Sequence record: OQ174504.1
Origin: Escherichia phage REP5
Reading direction: 5' to 3' (one strand)
Length of the DNA: 64,000 bases
Numbering within the stretch: position 1 is the first letter of the stretch; each line of letters opens with the position of its first letter. A program made the translations under genes and the position numbers. Under the pieces are notes generated by a model, which ran no database searches, was not told the origin of the DNA, and saw nothing but the letters and a program-made list of their open reading frames with translations. Below are positions 1 to 8,669 of this stretch, in pieces.

Positions 1-6
1 ATGTCT

Positions 7-81
7 GGTACAGGTGGAGGGAATTGAACCCATCGTCTTACTGATTAAGAGTCAGCCGCATAACCATTTTGCTACACCTGC
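7..81 (-). tRNA. tRNA, anticodon CUU by hand fold (Lys?)
   Basis: Reverse complement folds as cloverleaf: acceptor GCAGGTG/CACCTGT, T-arm GGTTCAATTCC, anticodon loop CUCUUAA, CCA encoded. Confidence 0.55.
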
Positions 82-88
82 ATTAATT

Positions 89-166
89 TGGTAGGAGACA
101 AGGGATTCGAACCCTCAAACATCTCGTTCTAAGCGAGATAGGTTTACCAATTACCGTCAATCTCCC
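89..166 (-). tRNA. tRNA, isotype unresolved (anticodon loop CUUAGAA, UAG?)
   Basis: Acceptor GGGAGAT/GTCTCCT, T-arm GAGGGTTCGAATCCCTT, CCA encoded; D-arm poorly paired by eye. Confidence 0.5.
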
Positions 167-421
167 ATTAAGTCTTTTTAGAGAACTTCTAAGAACCTAA
201 GCAACAAGGTTCCACAACAAGCTGTAATAACCTTAGAAGCCCTCTAAAAAGACCTAAAAAGGTCTTTGCATAGTCTTGTTTAATCCGGTGACTAGAACCT
301 TTGGAGAGCTTGATATTATCTCTTCTCCGTGACACCTACTAGGTGTTTTATCAATGTGTACAACAATACACGCGGTATACCAAAGCAACATCCGAATGAA
401 GCTTGGCTTTAAATCTTATTA

Positions 422-508
422 GGCGGTAAGTAAAGGAGTCGAACCCTCACCGTATCTCTACAGTGGCAACTGTTTTCAAGACAGTTTGGCTACCATTAGC
501 CGCTACCT
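422..508 (-). tRNA. tRNA with long variable arm, anticodon UGA (Ser?)
   Basis: Anticodon arm ACTGT-CUUGAAA-ACAGT resembles tRNA-Ser; T-loop TTCGACT; acceptor pairing imperfect. Confidence 0.5.
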
Positions 509-524
509 ACCCCTAATAAGACTT

Positions 525-607
525 TGGCATGGGACGGAGGAGTTGAACCCCTTTGAAACGGTGTTGGAAGCCGTTGCTCATGCCTTAGAGTCTTAACATC
601 GTCCCAT
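525..607 (-). tRNA. tRNA-like element, atypical anticodon arm (9-nt loop), isotype unresolved
   Basis: Acceptor ATGGGAC/GTCCCAT plus CCA, T-arm GGGGTTCAACTCC; stem AACGG/CCGTT encloses a 9-nt loop. Confidence 0.4.
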
Positions 608-749
608 ACTATAATTCGAAGCTTACCGTATTATCTCAACACTGTAAAGCCCCTTCTCAGATTATTTACATGTTCTGGAAAACATGAGATACAGACCACC
701 TCCCTACAGGAAGACCCGCTTAGGTCGTCTAAGTAATCTGCTAACTATT

Positions 750-826
750 TGGCACACCCTACAGGATTCGAACCTGTAACTCAATGATTAGAAGTCATTT
801 GCTCTGTCCAGTTGAACTAAGGGTGC
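750..826 (-). tRNA. tRNA-Arg (anticodon UCU)
   Basis: Acceptor GCACCCT/AGGGTGT, anticodon arm AATGA-CUUCUAA-TCATT, T-arm ACAGGTTCGAATCCTGT, CCA encoded. Confidence 0.6.
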
Positions 827-1073
827 ATTAATCTTTAAAGACTCTCTTAGAAAGCCCTTAAAGATGCCCACCTTATTAATCATACCGTGGGCTAGTACGC
901 CAAATTCTTTGATGAGGGATTGGAAGACCTCACTGGTGTTTAGCCTATCAAGCTACTGCCAGAAAAACATTGTCGTTTGCATTTATTTTAAATTTGCAAA
1001 ATAGACGCTACGCAACGAAAACTAAGGTTACTATAAAGTGGTCACATCTCAGTGTCAACAACTTTATTGAAAT

Positions 1074-1149
1074 TGGTACTGTGAGAAGGATTCGAACCTT
1101 CTGCCTTTCGGTTATCAGCCGAATGCACATCCATATGTGCTTTCACAGC
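1074..1149 (-). tRNA. tRNA-Ile (anticodon GAU)
   Basis: Acceptor GCTGTGA/TCACAGT, D-stem GCAC/GTGC, anticodon arm TTCGG-CUGAUAA-CCGAA, T-arm GAAGGTTCGAATCCTTC. Confidence 0.6.
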
Positions 1150-1151
1150 TT

Positions 1152-1229
1152 TGGAGGTTCAGATGGGAATCGAACCCACATTCATAGGGCTTATGAGACC
1201 CTTGCATTACCTTATCTGCGACTGAACCA
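1152..1229 (-). tRNA. tRNA with CAU anticodon (Met or Ile2)
   Basis: Acceptor GGTTCAG/CTGAACC, anticodon arm AGGGT-CUCAUAA-GCCCT with three G-C pairs, T-arm GTGGGTTCGATTCCCAT. Confidence 0.55.
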
Positions 1230-1232
1230 TTT

Positions 1233-1308
1233 TGGTAGAAGTGGAGGGATTCGAACCCATCGCCTGTCAGATTAAAAGTCTGCCGCATCACCATTCTGCT
1301 ACACTTCC
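1233..1308 (-). tRNA. tRNA-Lys (anticodon UUU)
   Basis: Acceptor GGAAGTG/CACTTCT, anticodon loop CUUUUAA, T-arm GGGTTCGAATCCC, CCA encoded. Confidence 0.55.
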
Positions 1309-1312
1309 ATTA

Positions 1313-1456
1313 AATTATCTTTGTAGATAAGCTACCCAGACTTGCTTAAGGTCTGTAGCGATGTGCCTTGTTGGGTTTAAATCTAGAATTTACCCTTTCA
1401 CCCTTTGTGGTCGCATACTCACAGGTAAGCTTAATAACTTATCTACAAAGATAATT
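1313..1456 (-). ncRNA. Candidate structured small RNA or processing element (19-bp inverted repeat enclosing 106 nt)
   Basis: aattatctttgtagataag at 1313-1331 is the exact reverse complement of 1438-1456; lies between tRNA genes. Confidence 0.3.
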
Positions 1457-1739
1457 ACCAGACCGTTGTTTATCATCTTAAGTGCTACCATTACACCAAC
1501 TCGACATCTGCCGAGTGAAGGAATCGAACCTTCACCTTTTCTTTACCGGAGAAATAGATTGTTTAAGTTTTGCTGTAAACGGTCTTCTGTAAATTTGTTG
1601 AGCCAGACCAAGTTTTAAATTTTTCAAAATTAAATTGGCTTGAAATTTTCATACGTTCTTGCTGTATTTGGTCTTCTGCTCCTTTAAAGAATACTCGTAA
1701 GAACTCTTTAAGGGAGGGGCTAAATAGCCCTCTCAAAAT

Positions 1740-1825
1740 TGGCGGCTACGATGAGACTTGAACTCACATCATCTCCCAATATCCTTTTACGTGGGAGTAT
1801 TTTAACCAAATTAAACTACATAACC
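1740..1825 (-). tRNA. tRNA-like element, 86 nt, anticodon arm unresolved
   Basis: Acceptor GGTTATG/CGTAGCC with G-U pairs, T-arm GTGAGTTCAAGTCTCAT, CCA encoded; central stem CTCCCA/TGGGAG encloses 11-nt loop. Confidence 0.4.
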
Positions 1826-1830
1826 TTTAT

Positions 1831-1918
1831 TGGTGTGCCGTGTAGGAGTCGAACCTACCGAGTCTCAATGACAAGGGATTTACAGTCCCCACCGCTACCA
1901 TCTACGGGATAACGACAC
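1831..1918 (-). tRNA. tRNA-Tyr (anticodon GUA), long variable arm
   Basis: Acceptor GTGTCGT/ACGGCAC, anticodon arm GGGGA-CUGUAAA-TCCCT, variable arm, T-arm TAGGTTCGACTCCTA, CCA encoded. Confidence 0.6.
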
Positions 1919-1929
1919 ATTTAAATTTG

Positions 1930-2003
1930 CGGTTAGTCAGGGATTCGAACCCTGTGCCATTCGCTTAACAGGCGACCGCACATACCTTATGTGCTTCCTA
2001 ACC
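1930..2003 (-). tRNA. tRNA-Asn (anticodon GUU)
   Basis: Acceptor GGTTAG/CTAACC, D-stem GCAC/GTGC, anticodon loop CUGUUAA, T-arm CAGGGTTCGAATCCCTG; CCA not encoded. Confidence 0.55.
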
Positions 2004-2087
2004 ATATTTAGTATTACCAGACCGTATCTTTCAATTTTTTCCGCTAAAAATTTGATAAGTGTTGCTGTAAACGGTCTTCTGTAAAAT

Positions 2088-2163
2088 TGGAGGCGGGTGC
2101 AGGAGTCGAACCTGCCGATACCATGCTAATGAGACATGTGAGACGCCCTTTCTCTATACCCGC
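2088..2163 (-). tRNA. tRNA with CAU anticodon (Met/fMet or Ile2), 1:72 mismatch
   Basis: Anticodon arm CATGT-CUCAUUA-GCATG, T-arm GCAGGTTCGACTCCTGC, acceptor GCGGGT/ACCCGC with unpaired first position. Confidence 0.5.
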
Positions 2164-2255
2164 AATTCTTAATGACCAGACCAAATCTCTTCTTTGTCCG
2201 ATTTACCTTCAGATGAATAAGATTAAGTTTGCTGTAATTGGTCTTCTGTCAAAAC

Positions 2256-2333
2256 TGGCGTTCCAGAAGGGATTTGAACCCTCAGATATCCACTTTGAAA
2301 GAGTGGTGACTATACCATTTTGTCTACTGGAAC
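2256..2333 (-). tRNA. tRNA-Glu (anticodon UUC)
   Basis: Acceptor GTTCCAG/CTGGAAC, anticodon arm CCACT-CUUUCAA-AGTGG, T-arm GAGGGTTCAAATCCCTT, CCA encoded. Confidence 0.6.
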
Positions 2334-2340
2334 ATTAATT

Positions 2341-2420
2341 TGGTCTCCGTTGAAGGATTTGAACCCTCGACCCCTTGCTCCCAAAGCAAGTGCTGCTAAA
2401 CCAAACTGAGCTAAACGGAG
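2341..2420 (-). tRNA. tRNA-Pro (anticodon UGG)
   Basis: Anticodon arm CTTGC-UUUGGGA-GCAAG, T-arm GAGGGTTCAAATCCTTC, acceptor CTCCGTT/AACGGAG, CCA encoded. Confidence 0.6.
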
Positions 2421-2585
2421 ATAAACTTTTCAAACTCTATGTAACCACTTTAACATTATTTTTTAGTGGTTGTCAAGAACTTTTTTAAAATATTTTTCAG
2501 TATCTTAGAAAAGCTCTCATTTCGTTTCTATGTAGAACATATTAAAGGGTATTAAACACATTGTCAATACCCTTTTTAAAACTTT

Positions 2586-4001
2586 TTACCAGATGTAACG
2601 GTCAATCGTTACTGCTTTGAGCATTACGCTGATTGGGTCAAACTTCTCACCACCAAGCAGAGCTTTTAAAGTGGCTGGAGAGAACCCTGATACCATTGCT
2701 ACACCGTTATCCTTAACAGATACTTCGCAAGTACCATTACGGTTTGCTAAGTACCAGAATACCAGTTGTGGCATCTCATATCCAGCTTTTTTGTACTTAC
2801 TCTGAATTGCTTCAAAGTTTGTACGACCGTTAGCTCCATCAACCTGATTGAACTCCATATCGGAGAAGATGATAAGCTTACTTGGCATATCTTTCTGAGT
2901 CAAGTTGTTTCTCTTACCTGTCTCAAGGATGCGGTCAAAAGCTGCTTGTAAGTTAGTTGAACCATATTCAACATGTCGCATCACCTGACGGTGACGGTTC
3001 TTTAAATCGCCACTCAGTTCGATGAAATGAGGGTTTGTTGAATAAACCATTAACTCGTTCTTAAAGCAACCTGTATTGCGTTCTGCTACATACAAGGCAA
3101 GTGATACACCAATATCAAGGGCAGTAATTGAGCCAAAATTCACCCAAGACATTGAACTTGAAACATCAGACATACATAGAATGTTTTCACCCTCTGCCAT
3201 CCAGTTTGGTAGTGCTTTCCACTGCTCATTAGCAACATCTGCATTACCATACTTAACAGATTTAATCACATCGTATGGATAAACAGCACCAGCGTTAATC
3301 TTAGTCTCACCCTTTGATAAGGACTCGATGTAAGCTTTGTAACGCTCTCCATCTTTACGGTTAAACAGTTTTTGGTAACGTGCAGCAGCAAGTGAAGGAA
3401 TCTTACTGTAGTCAATATTACCAAACTCATTAGCAGAGATTTTTTGCTCAACTGTATCAGATAGTGCAGACAATAGTGTGCGGTACTCTTTCTCACTCAA
3501 GTTGGCAAACTTGCAGAAACGTTTTACAAACTGCTTATGACGTGGTTTGACTCGTGGTAACCACTTAGCTGCTAAACCTGCTGTTGCAGGGTCTAGTAAA
3601 GCTGCTTCTAAATGTTTGAAGGCATCTGTCTCGAAACGAGTACCTACAAAGATTTTGAAGTCATCAAAACGACCAAGTTCTGCAATCTTATCCATAATGC
3701 GAAGAACCTGCGTAGGCTCTAAAACTTTATCTTCAATCGCTTGAAGTAAAACAGTTCGGAAAGCTTTACGCTCACCCATACCCTCTCGTACATCTCGCAT
3801 ATGCAGTAAAATACGAACTGCAACATCAACATCCTCATGCAAAGCTTTGTAGAACAAGTCTGGTAAGATTTCTACATTGCTACGGCTAGAACCAGCAGCT
3901 TTGTAAAAGTCCACAAGAGCAGACATTGATGAAGTATGGTTTACAGCACCATTTTCAGTTCGACCTGCATGAAGGTGCGCATGTTTAAATAACTCGCTCA
4001 T
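2586..4001 (-). CDS. vWA-domain protein with MIDAS-like motif (possibly Ro60/TROVE-like or DUF2828-like)
   Basis: 471 aa ORF; DVSSS metal-ion-site motif followed by vWA-like strands; helical N-terminal half; co-oriented with downstream tRNA cluster. Confidence 0.6.
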   Translation of the reverse strand: MSELFKHAHLHAGRTENGAVNHTSSMSALVDFYKAAGSSRSNVEILPDLFYKALHEDVDVAVRILLHMRDVREGMGERKAFRTVLLQAIEDKVLEPTQVLRIMDKIAELGRFDDFKIFVGTRFETDAFKHLEAALLDPATAGLAAKWLPRVKPRHKQFVKRFCKFANLSEKEYRTLLSALSDTVEQKISANEFGNIDYSKIPSLAAARYQKLFNRKDGERYKAYIESLSKGETKINAGAVYPYDVIKSVKYGNADVANEQWKALPNWMAEGENILCMSDVSSSMSWVNFGSITALDIGVSLALYVAERNTGCFKNELMVYSTNPHFIELSGDLKNRHRQVMRHVEYGSTNLQAAFDRILETGKRNNLTQKDMPSKLIIFSDMEFNQVDGANGRTNFEAIQSKYKKAGYEMPQLVFWYLANRNGTCEVSVKDNGVAMVSGFSPATLKALLGGEKFDPISVMLKAVTIDRYIW

Positions 4002-4081
4002 ATTTTACTCTCTTCTCTCATTGTTGTTTGATGTGACAGACTTTAGAGCAACTTTGTAGAGTCTGTCAACACCTTTTAAAA

Positions 4082-4453
4082 TTATTTTTTGAGAGTCGCT
4101 ACAGCAGAGAACGTTGGCTTGTTATCTGTCTGAGACTGACCACCATTATCAGGGGTCTTCTTAGTGTCTGCTGCAATCGCTTTCATCTCACCTGCTGAGT
4201 GAGTCATGATAGTTTTACCAGCCTCCATCATCGACTTCAGGTTTACATCGTCAGTCGTTAAACCGAACTCTGCAAGCTTATCAGCGTCCCTTGTAACAAT
4301 CGCCTCAAACAACTTTGCAGCAAACTCAGCAGAATTATCAATGGTCAGTTGAGCTTTTACGAGTGAGCTTTTGTTACGAGAGCCTTTTGGTCTTCCAGAT
4401 GGGTTTCCAGACTGGCCTTTTTTAAACTGGCCTTTGTTTGTTCTGTTTTTCAT
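4082..4453 (-). CDS. Hypothetical protein with GQSGNPSGRPKG N-terminal motif
   Basis: 123 aa ORF upstream of the vWA gene; basic N-terminus. Confidence 0.55.
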   Translation of the reverse strand: MKNRTNKGQFKKGQSGNPSGRPKGSRNKSSLVKAQLTIDNSAEFAAKLFEAIVTRDADKLAEFGLTTDDVNLKSMMEAGKTIMTHSAGEMKAIAADTKKTPDNGGQSQTDNKPTFSAVATLKK

Positions 4454-4845
4454 TGGTATGCCTCTTATAAGACCTCTTAAAAGGCTTTTAAGATAAAAGA
4501 TAGATATCCAGAAAGATATCTGTTTAAATAGCCTTTTTAGAGGAACCTTTTAAGTAATCTTCTAAGTATTTATAAGCCTACACCTTGTCAAGTACCTTGT
4601 CAACAACTTTTTTAACTTGCAATAGTTCTTGACTTGTTGTATGGATTACTGTACCATCTTACTTAAAGCTGTAGGTCTGCCTTGTTCTACAAAGGAGACT
4701 TAATGAGAAAATCAAATAAACCGAAGAAAGGTAAGAATACCAATCACTGTAAGGAATCAAAAAGGGTAGAATTAATCTACTATTCGTCCTCTGAAATTGG
4801 TCTGTACCTGTTCTTTCAAAATTACAGAAGACAAGAGGATTATCT

Positions 4846-5079
4846 ATGTGTAGTTCCCAATTAGAAATCGCAGATATTATAGATTTATATCAAACTGCAA
4901 AGAGTCATGGCTATATAACCTCAATTGGAAAGAATAGTCACTATGATGCTTTGACTGGAATGTATTTCAGGGCAATGGCTCAATCTAGTGAACAACACTT
5001 AATGGTTTCTTCCAGTGAGTTTACTTCGTTTCTCTATTGCAGCAAAATTATAAACCGCAGGAGAACTGAAAAATGTTAA
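4846..5079 (+). CDS. Hypothetical protein
   Basis: 77 aa ORF with AGAGGA Shine-Dalgarno upstream; first gene of plus-strand block. Confidence 0.4.
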   Translation: MCSSQLEIADIIDLYQTAKSHGYITSIGKNSHYDALTGMYFRAMAQSSEQHLMVSSSEFTSFLYCSKIINRRRTEKC

Positions 5080-5663
5080 CAGTAAGTTTTAATTACAATA
5101 GTGATGGCTCTGTATCAATTAATTCACCATATGCAAATGACCTACTTAAAGAGTTAGTAAACCAGTGTGAAAGAGGTCTTCACTATGTTCAAAATTCTTT
5201 TAAACAGAAAACTATTGCTAATAACTTGATGCGTGTAACAGTGACGACATCGAATCCAAATTATGATATTGATAGTGGAAGCCCTTACTCTTTAGTGGCT
5301 CTTGGAGAGCTAAATCAACTTAAACTTGTATGCCACGACTCAGAAACATTTCTTAAGGTATTTTCCAACCTTATCCATAATAATAAGTACAGCTACGTTG
5401 ATGGTAGTGTAAACTTCTATCCAGCAAACTATACATGCTTGTTGATTGATAATATGGGAAGTGGCAGGATTGAACCTACAGAAATTTCATTTGATGTGAA
5501 CTCTAGTCCAGATGCAGAAACAGGTAAGAACTTTGATATGAGTTACGCATTGTCACTCAGTAAGAAATCCGAGTTCATTGATTATGTCAATGGATTTGGT
5601 TTTAAGTTTGATGAGAGTATGAATCTTAAAAAACTTAAGAACCTACTTAAGACTAAAGCTTAA
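5073..5663 (+). CDS. Hypothetical protein
   Basis: 196 aa ORF, SD caggaga upstream. Confidence 0.6.
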   Translation: MLTVSFNYNSDGSVSINSPYANDLLKELVNQCERGLHYVQNSFKQKTIANNLMRVTVTTSNPNYDIDSGSPYSLVALGELNQLKLVCHDSETFLKVFSNLIHNNKYSYVDGSVNFYPANYTCLLIDNMGSGRIEPTEISFDVNSSPDAETGKNFDMSYALSLSKKSEFIDYVNGFGFKFDESMNLKKLKNLLKTKA

Positions 5664-5855
5664 GTGTGAATAGGGGCTGATGCCCCTTTAATTATTTATA
5701 AGCACACCCTATAAAGGTAAAAGTGTAAAAGACTTTATTGCTCCCACAACTACACATCAATTCCGTGAAATAGTGAAGTGCGTCATTGTTGGTGATGTGT
5801 CCCACTATATAAAGTTTATTTTGAGATTAAACGCACATTTAGAGGATAAAAAGAA

Positions 5856-6737
5856 ATGATTAAAGCAAAGACTTACCCAGACTTCAAAGAGTTTGTAAAA
5901 GGTTTTGTTGCAAATGTAAAGGCTGGTAAGAGATATGATTTTAGAACATATCAAGAGGCTATTTTACCGCTTACCTATAGCTCGTATTGGCCTGAAGCTG
6001 ATATTGCAGAAGTTAAGAAGTTTGACTATAAACCAGACTATAAAGTTCCATTTAGTGATGAGTTGCTTTACAGCATTGGTGCTCAAATGAGAACTTCTGA
6101 CTTCTTCATGGACTTACAATATGCAATTATCAATGGTAAAGACGTTGATACAGTTTATTGTGAATGGCTGGCAAGAGTTAAACCATTCTCAATGTTGAAT
6201 GCTAAGTTGAAGGATGCTGTCAAGACACCAGAAATCACTCAGCAACCAACCAATCAAACAGTAAATGAAGGTGGTACACTTACCCTAAGCATTATTGCAA
6301 CCAATGCAACTGGGTATCAATGGAAGAAAGATGGTTCTGACATTCCTTCGGCTACAGAAGCTACCTATAGCAAGTCTGGCGCACTGCCAGCAGATGCAGG
6401 TTCATACACTTGCGTTGTAACAGGTGCAGGTGGTTCTGTCACTTCCAACCCTGCAACAGTTACTGTGAACGCACTTCCAGTAATCACTCAACAGCCAACC
6501 AATCAAGAAATCAATGAAGGTGAGACCTTAACGCTGAATGTTGTGGCAACAGGTGCAACAGGTTACCAGTGGAAGAAAGGTGAGGAAGACATCCTCAATG
6601 CAACCTCTGCAACTTACACCAAAGAAGGTGCAACTGCTGCTGATTCAGGAAGCTACACCTGTGTAGTTACTGGTGCAGGTGGTTCTGTAACATCTAACGC
6701 AGCAACAGTTACAGTTAATCCAGTAGGAGGGGCATAA
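5856..6737 (+). CDS. Protein with two tandem Ig-like domains at C-terminus
   Basis: 293 aa; two near-identical ~80 aa repeats (ITQQPTNQ..GSYTCVVTGAGGSVTSN..TVTVN); stop overlaps lysozyme start (TAATG). Confidence 0.7.
   Translation: MIKAKTYPDFKEFVKGFVANVKAGKRYDFRTYQEAILPLTYSSYWPEADIAEVKKFDYKPDYKVPFSDELLYSIGAQMRTSDFFMDLQYAIINGKDVDTVYCEWLARVKPFSMLNAKLKDAVKTPEITQQPTNQTVNEGGTLTLSIIATNATGYQWKKDGSDIPSATEATYSKSGALPADAGSYTCVVTGAGGSVTSNPATVTVNALPVITQQPTNQEINEGETLTLNVVATGATGYQWKKGEEDILNATSATYTKEGATAADSGSYTCVVTGAGGSVTSNAATVTVNPVGGA
6237..6722 (+). repeat. Tandem 243-bp coding repeat (two Ig-like domain copies)
   Basis: Direct nucleotide and peptide repeat 6237-6479 / 6480-6722. Confidence 0.7.
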
Positions 6738-7201
6738 TGCAACTCTCAAGAAAAGGTTTAGAAGCTATTAAGTTCTTTGAAGGCATTAAGCTAGAGGCTT
6801 ACGAAGACTCTGCCGGAATCCCAACAATCGGGTATGGTACAATCCGTATTGACGGAAAACCTGTTAAGATGGGTATGAAGATTACCGCTGAACAAGCTGA
6901 ACAGTATCTTCTTGCAGATGTTGAAAAGTTCGTTGCAGCAGTGAACAAAGCCATCAAGGTTCCAACTTCTCAGAATGAGTTTGATGCACTTGTAAGTGAA
7001 ACATACAACATTGGTATCACAGCTATGCAGGACTCTACATTTATCAAGCGCCACAATGCTGGTAATAAGGTCGGTTGTGCAGAAGCTATGCAGTGGTGGA
7101 ACAAGGTTACAGTAAAAGGTAAGAAGGTCACTTCAAACGGCCTGAAAAACAGACGTAGAATGGAAGCTGACATTTATCTTGACAGTGTATATCCAAAGTA
7201 A
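6737..7201 (+). CDS. Lysozyme (T4 e-type, GH24) endolysin
   Basis: 154 aa; EAYEDSAGIPTIGYGT catalytic region typical of T4-type lysozyme. Confidence 0.8.
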   Translation: MQLSRKGLEAIKFFEGIKLEAYEDSAGIPTIGYGTIRIDGKPVKMGMKITAEQAEQYLLADVEKFVAAVNKAIKVPTSQNEFDALVSETYNIGITAMQDSTFIKRHNAGNKVGCAEAMQWWNKVTVKGKKVTSNGLKNRRRMEADIYLDSVYPK

Positions 7202-7206
7202 TATCT

Positions 7207-7236
7207 TCATAGGCTCCTTCGGGAGCCTTTTTTATT
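7207..7236 (+). terminator. Rho-independent terminator
   Basis: Hairpin aggctccttcgggagcct followed by T-run. Confidence 0.6.
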
Positions 7237-7252
7237 TTCTAAGGAGAAAACT

Positions 7253-7651
7253 ATGAAACTTTGGGCTAGTGACTTTGGAACTTTTAAGTACACTCGTAAT
7301 GGCTCGCTTGTACGCATTGTCGGAAACAATGTGGTTTCAAGAGGTGACAAGGTATATACACGGTTTACTGTAGAGCTTGTTGAGCTGTCGCCTATTGAGT
7401 CTGTGAACAATGGACTCTTCAAGTTTGAGACTTACAATGTCAATGAACATGGACAATTCAACCCTCTTGGTGAAAGTGGACTTGATATTATTTCAGAACA
7501 CCCATTGACAAAAGAGCAACTTGCAAGTTATTATAAAACTGTTCTTGAAAGGCAGTTAGCAACACATGAACAAGAAGCTAACTATCATTTACAACATTGT
7601 GAAGCTTTAAGAGCAAAAATCGAACAAGCAGAGAGAGGTTTTTATGAATAA
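7253..7651 (+). CDS. Hypothetical protein
   Basis: 132 aa ORF, SD aaggagaaaa upstream. Confidence 0.6.
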   Translation: MKLWASDFGTFKYTRNGSLVRIVGNNVVSRGDKVYTRFTVELVELSPIESVNNGLFKFETYNVNEHGQFNPLGESGLDIISEHPLTKEQLASYYKTVLERQLATHEQEANYHLQHCEALRAKIEQAERGFYE

Positions 7652-8039
7652 TAGCAGTCATATCCACGTTAAAGTTGATGTCAGTCGTTACAGTGAAAAT
7701 GAAGAATTAGACCTGCAAGATGCTCTTCTCTTTGAGAAGAATGGCAATCTGCATTTGCATTTTGAAGGTACAAACACATATCTCCACAGATGCCGAGATG
7801 ATGCCGATGGTTGTCCTGTTTTTGCTTGGTACAATTTAGAGTTTCCTCTTTATGCAATCCATTATCCAGATGGTGGAGAAGACTGGACAACTCAATCAAT
7901 CTTTGATGAGCTTAATGGTGTTCCAGTTGAGCAAGAAGAGCGAGAGCCTGTTGAACTTACCTTCACCTTTATCAAAGAAGAGAAAGTAGGTGACTTGTCA
8001 GTAACTGAAGCAATTCAAGTCTCACAGGTGATTCGTTAA
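7644..8039 (+). CDS. Hypothetical protein
   Basis: 131 aa ORF overlapping upstream stop. Confidence 0.6.
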   Translation: MNNSSHIHVKVDVSRYSENEELDLQDALLFEKNGNLHLHFEGTNTYLHRCRDDADGCPVFAWYNLEFPLYAIHYPDGGEDWTTQSIFDELNGVPVEQEEREPVELTFTFIKEEKVGDLSVTEAIQVSQVIR

Positions 8040-8332
8040 TGAGTAAAGTACAGGTTATTTTCCCTATTTGTGACTTCTCACTAGAGCGTGAACTTGACCT
8101 GTACGAAGAAATTACTGACGAAATCATCTGGTCTGTTGTAGAAGAGGCTATCAAGAAACTGTATGGTGGCCTCTTAAATCCATCAAGTAAAAAGCTCACT
8201 ACTAAGCAAGTAGCTGATACGTACACTTCATATGATGCCTACAACAAGCCTTTTGAGAACACCTGCTTTGACCTTATGGTAGGTAATAATAAAGTCAACT
8301 ATTTCTTCGTCAGAGAGTTTAACGATGAGTAA
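8039..8332 (+). CDS. Hypothetical protein
   Basis: 97 aa ORF, start overlaps previous stop. Confidence 0.55.
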   Translation: MSKVQVIFPICDFSLERELDLYEEITDEIIWSVVEEAIKKLYGGLLNPSSKKLTTKQVADTYTSYDAYNKPFENTCFDLMVGNNKVNYFFVREFNDE

Positions 8333-8669
8333 GCTCCATGTCACAGTTTACAAAAACTTCTCAGATATTAAAGAGTCTTTAACAAATAAGCTTGACATGC
8401 AACGGAAAAGACTCTTTTTAATGTACGATATCGACAACTACGACCATCCTAAAGAGTTTAACTACAAAGATGGTACAAAGGTTGTTGAATTTGAAGATTC
8501 TGTAACGGTGTATGTCAAGTATGACTTACCAGCGAAGTATATAGGGATGTTAGAGTATTACATATTCAAACATACAGGTATGCGTGGTGAATCTGTCAAG
8601 ATATCTTCTATAGAAGTTTTTGAGAAACCTAACACCCAACTTAAAAAGTATTTAATGAGGAAACTGTAA
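8325..8669 (+). CDS. Hypothetical protein
   Basis: 114 aa ORF. Confidence 0.55.
   Translation: MSKLHVTVYKNFSDIKESLTNKLDMQRKRLFLMYDIDNYDHPKEFNYKDGTKVVEFEDSVTVYVKYDLPAKYIGMLEYYIFKHTGMRGESVKISSIEVFEKPNTQLKKYLMRKL

Noticed and set aside
1509-1570. Possible additional tRNA with T-arm GAAGGTTCGATTCCTTC
   Set aside because: No matching 5' acceptor strand; the 3' side folds as a separate hairpin, so not a canonical tRNA (kept only as a possible remnant)
970-2338. Plus-strand ORFs 970-1275, 1361-1618 and 2087-2338 in the supplied track
   Set aside because: They run antisense across tRNA genes and spacers and have no ribosome-binding site; treated as chance ORFs
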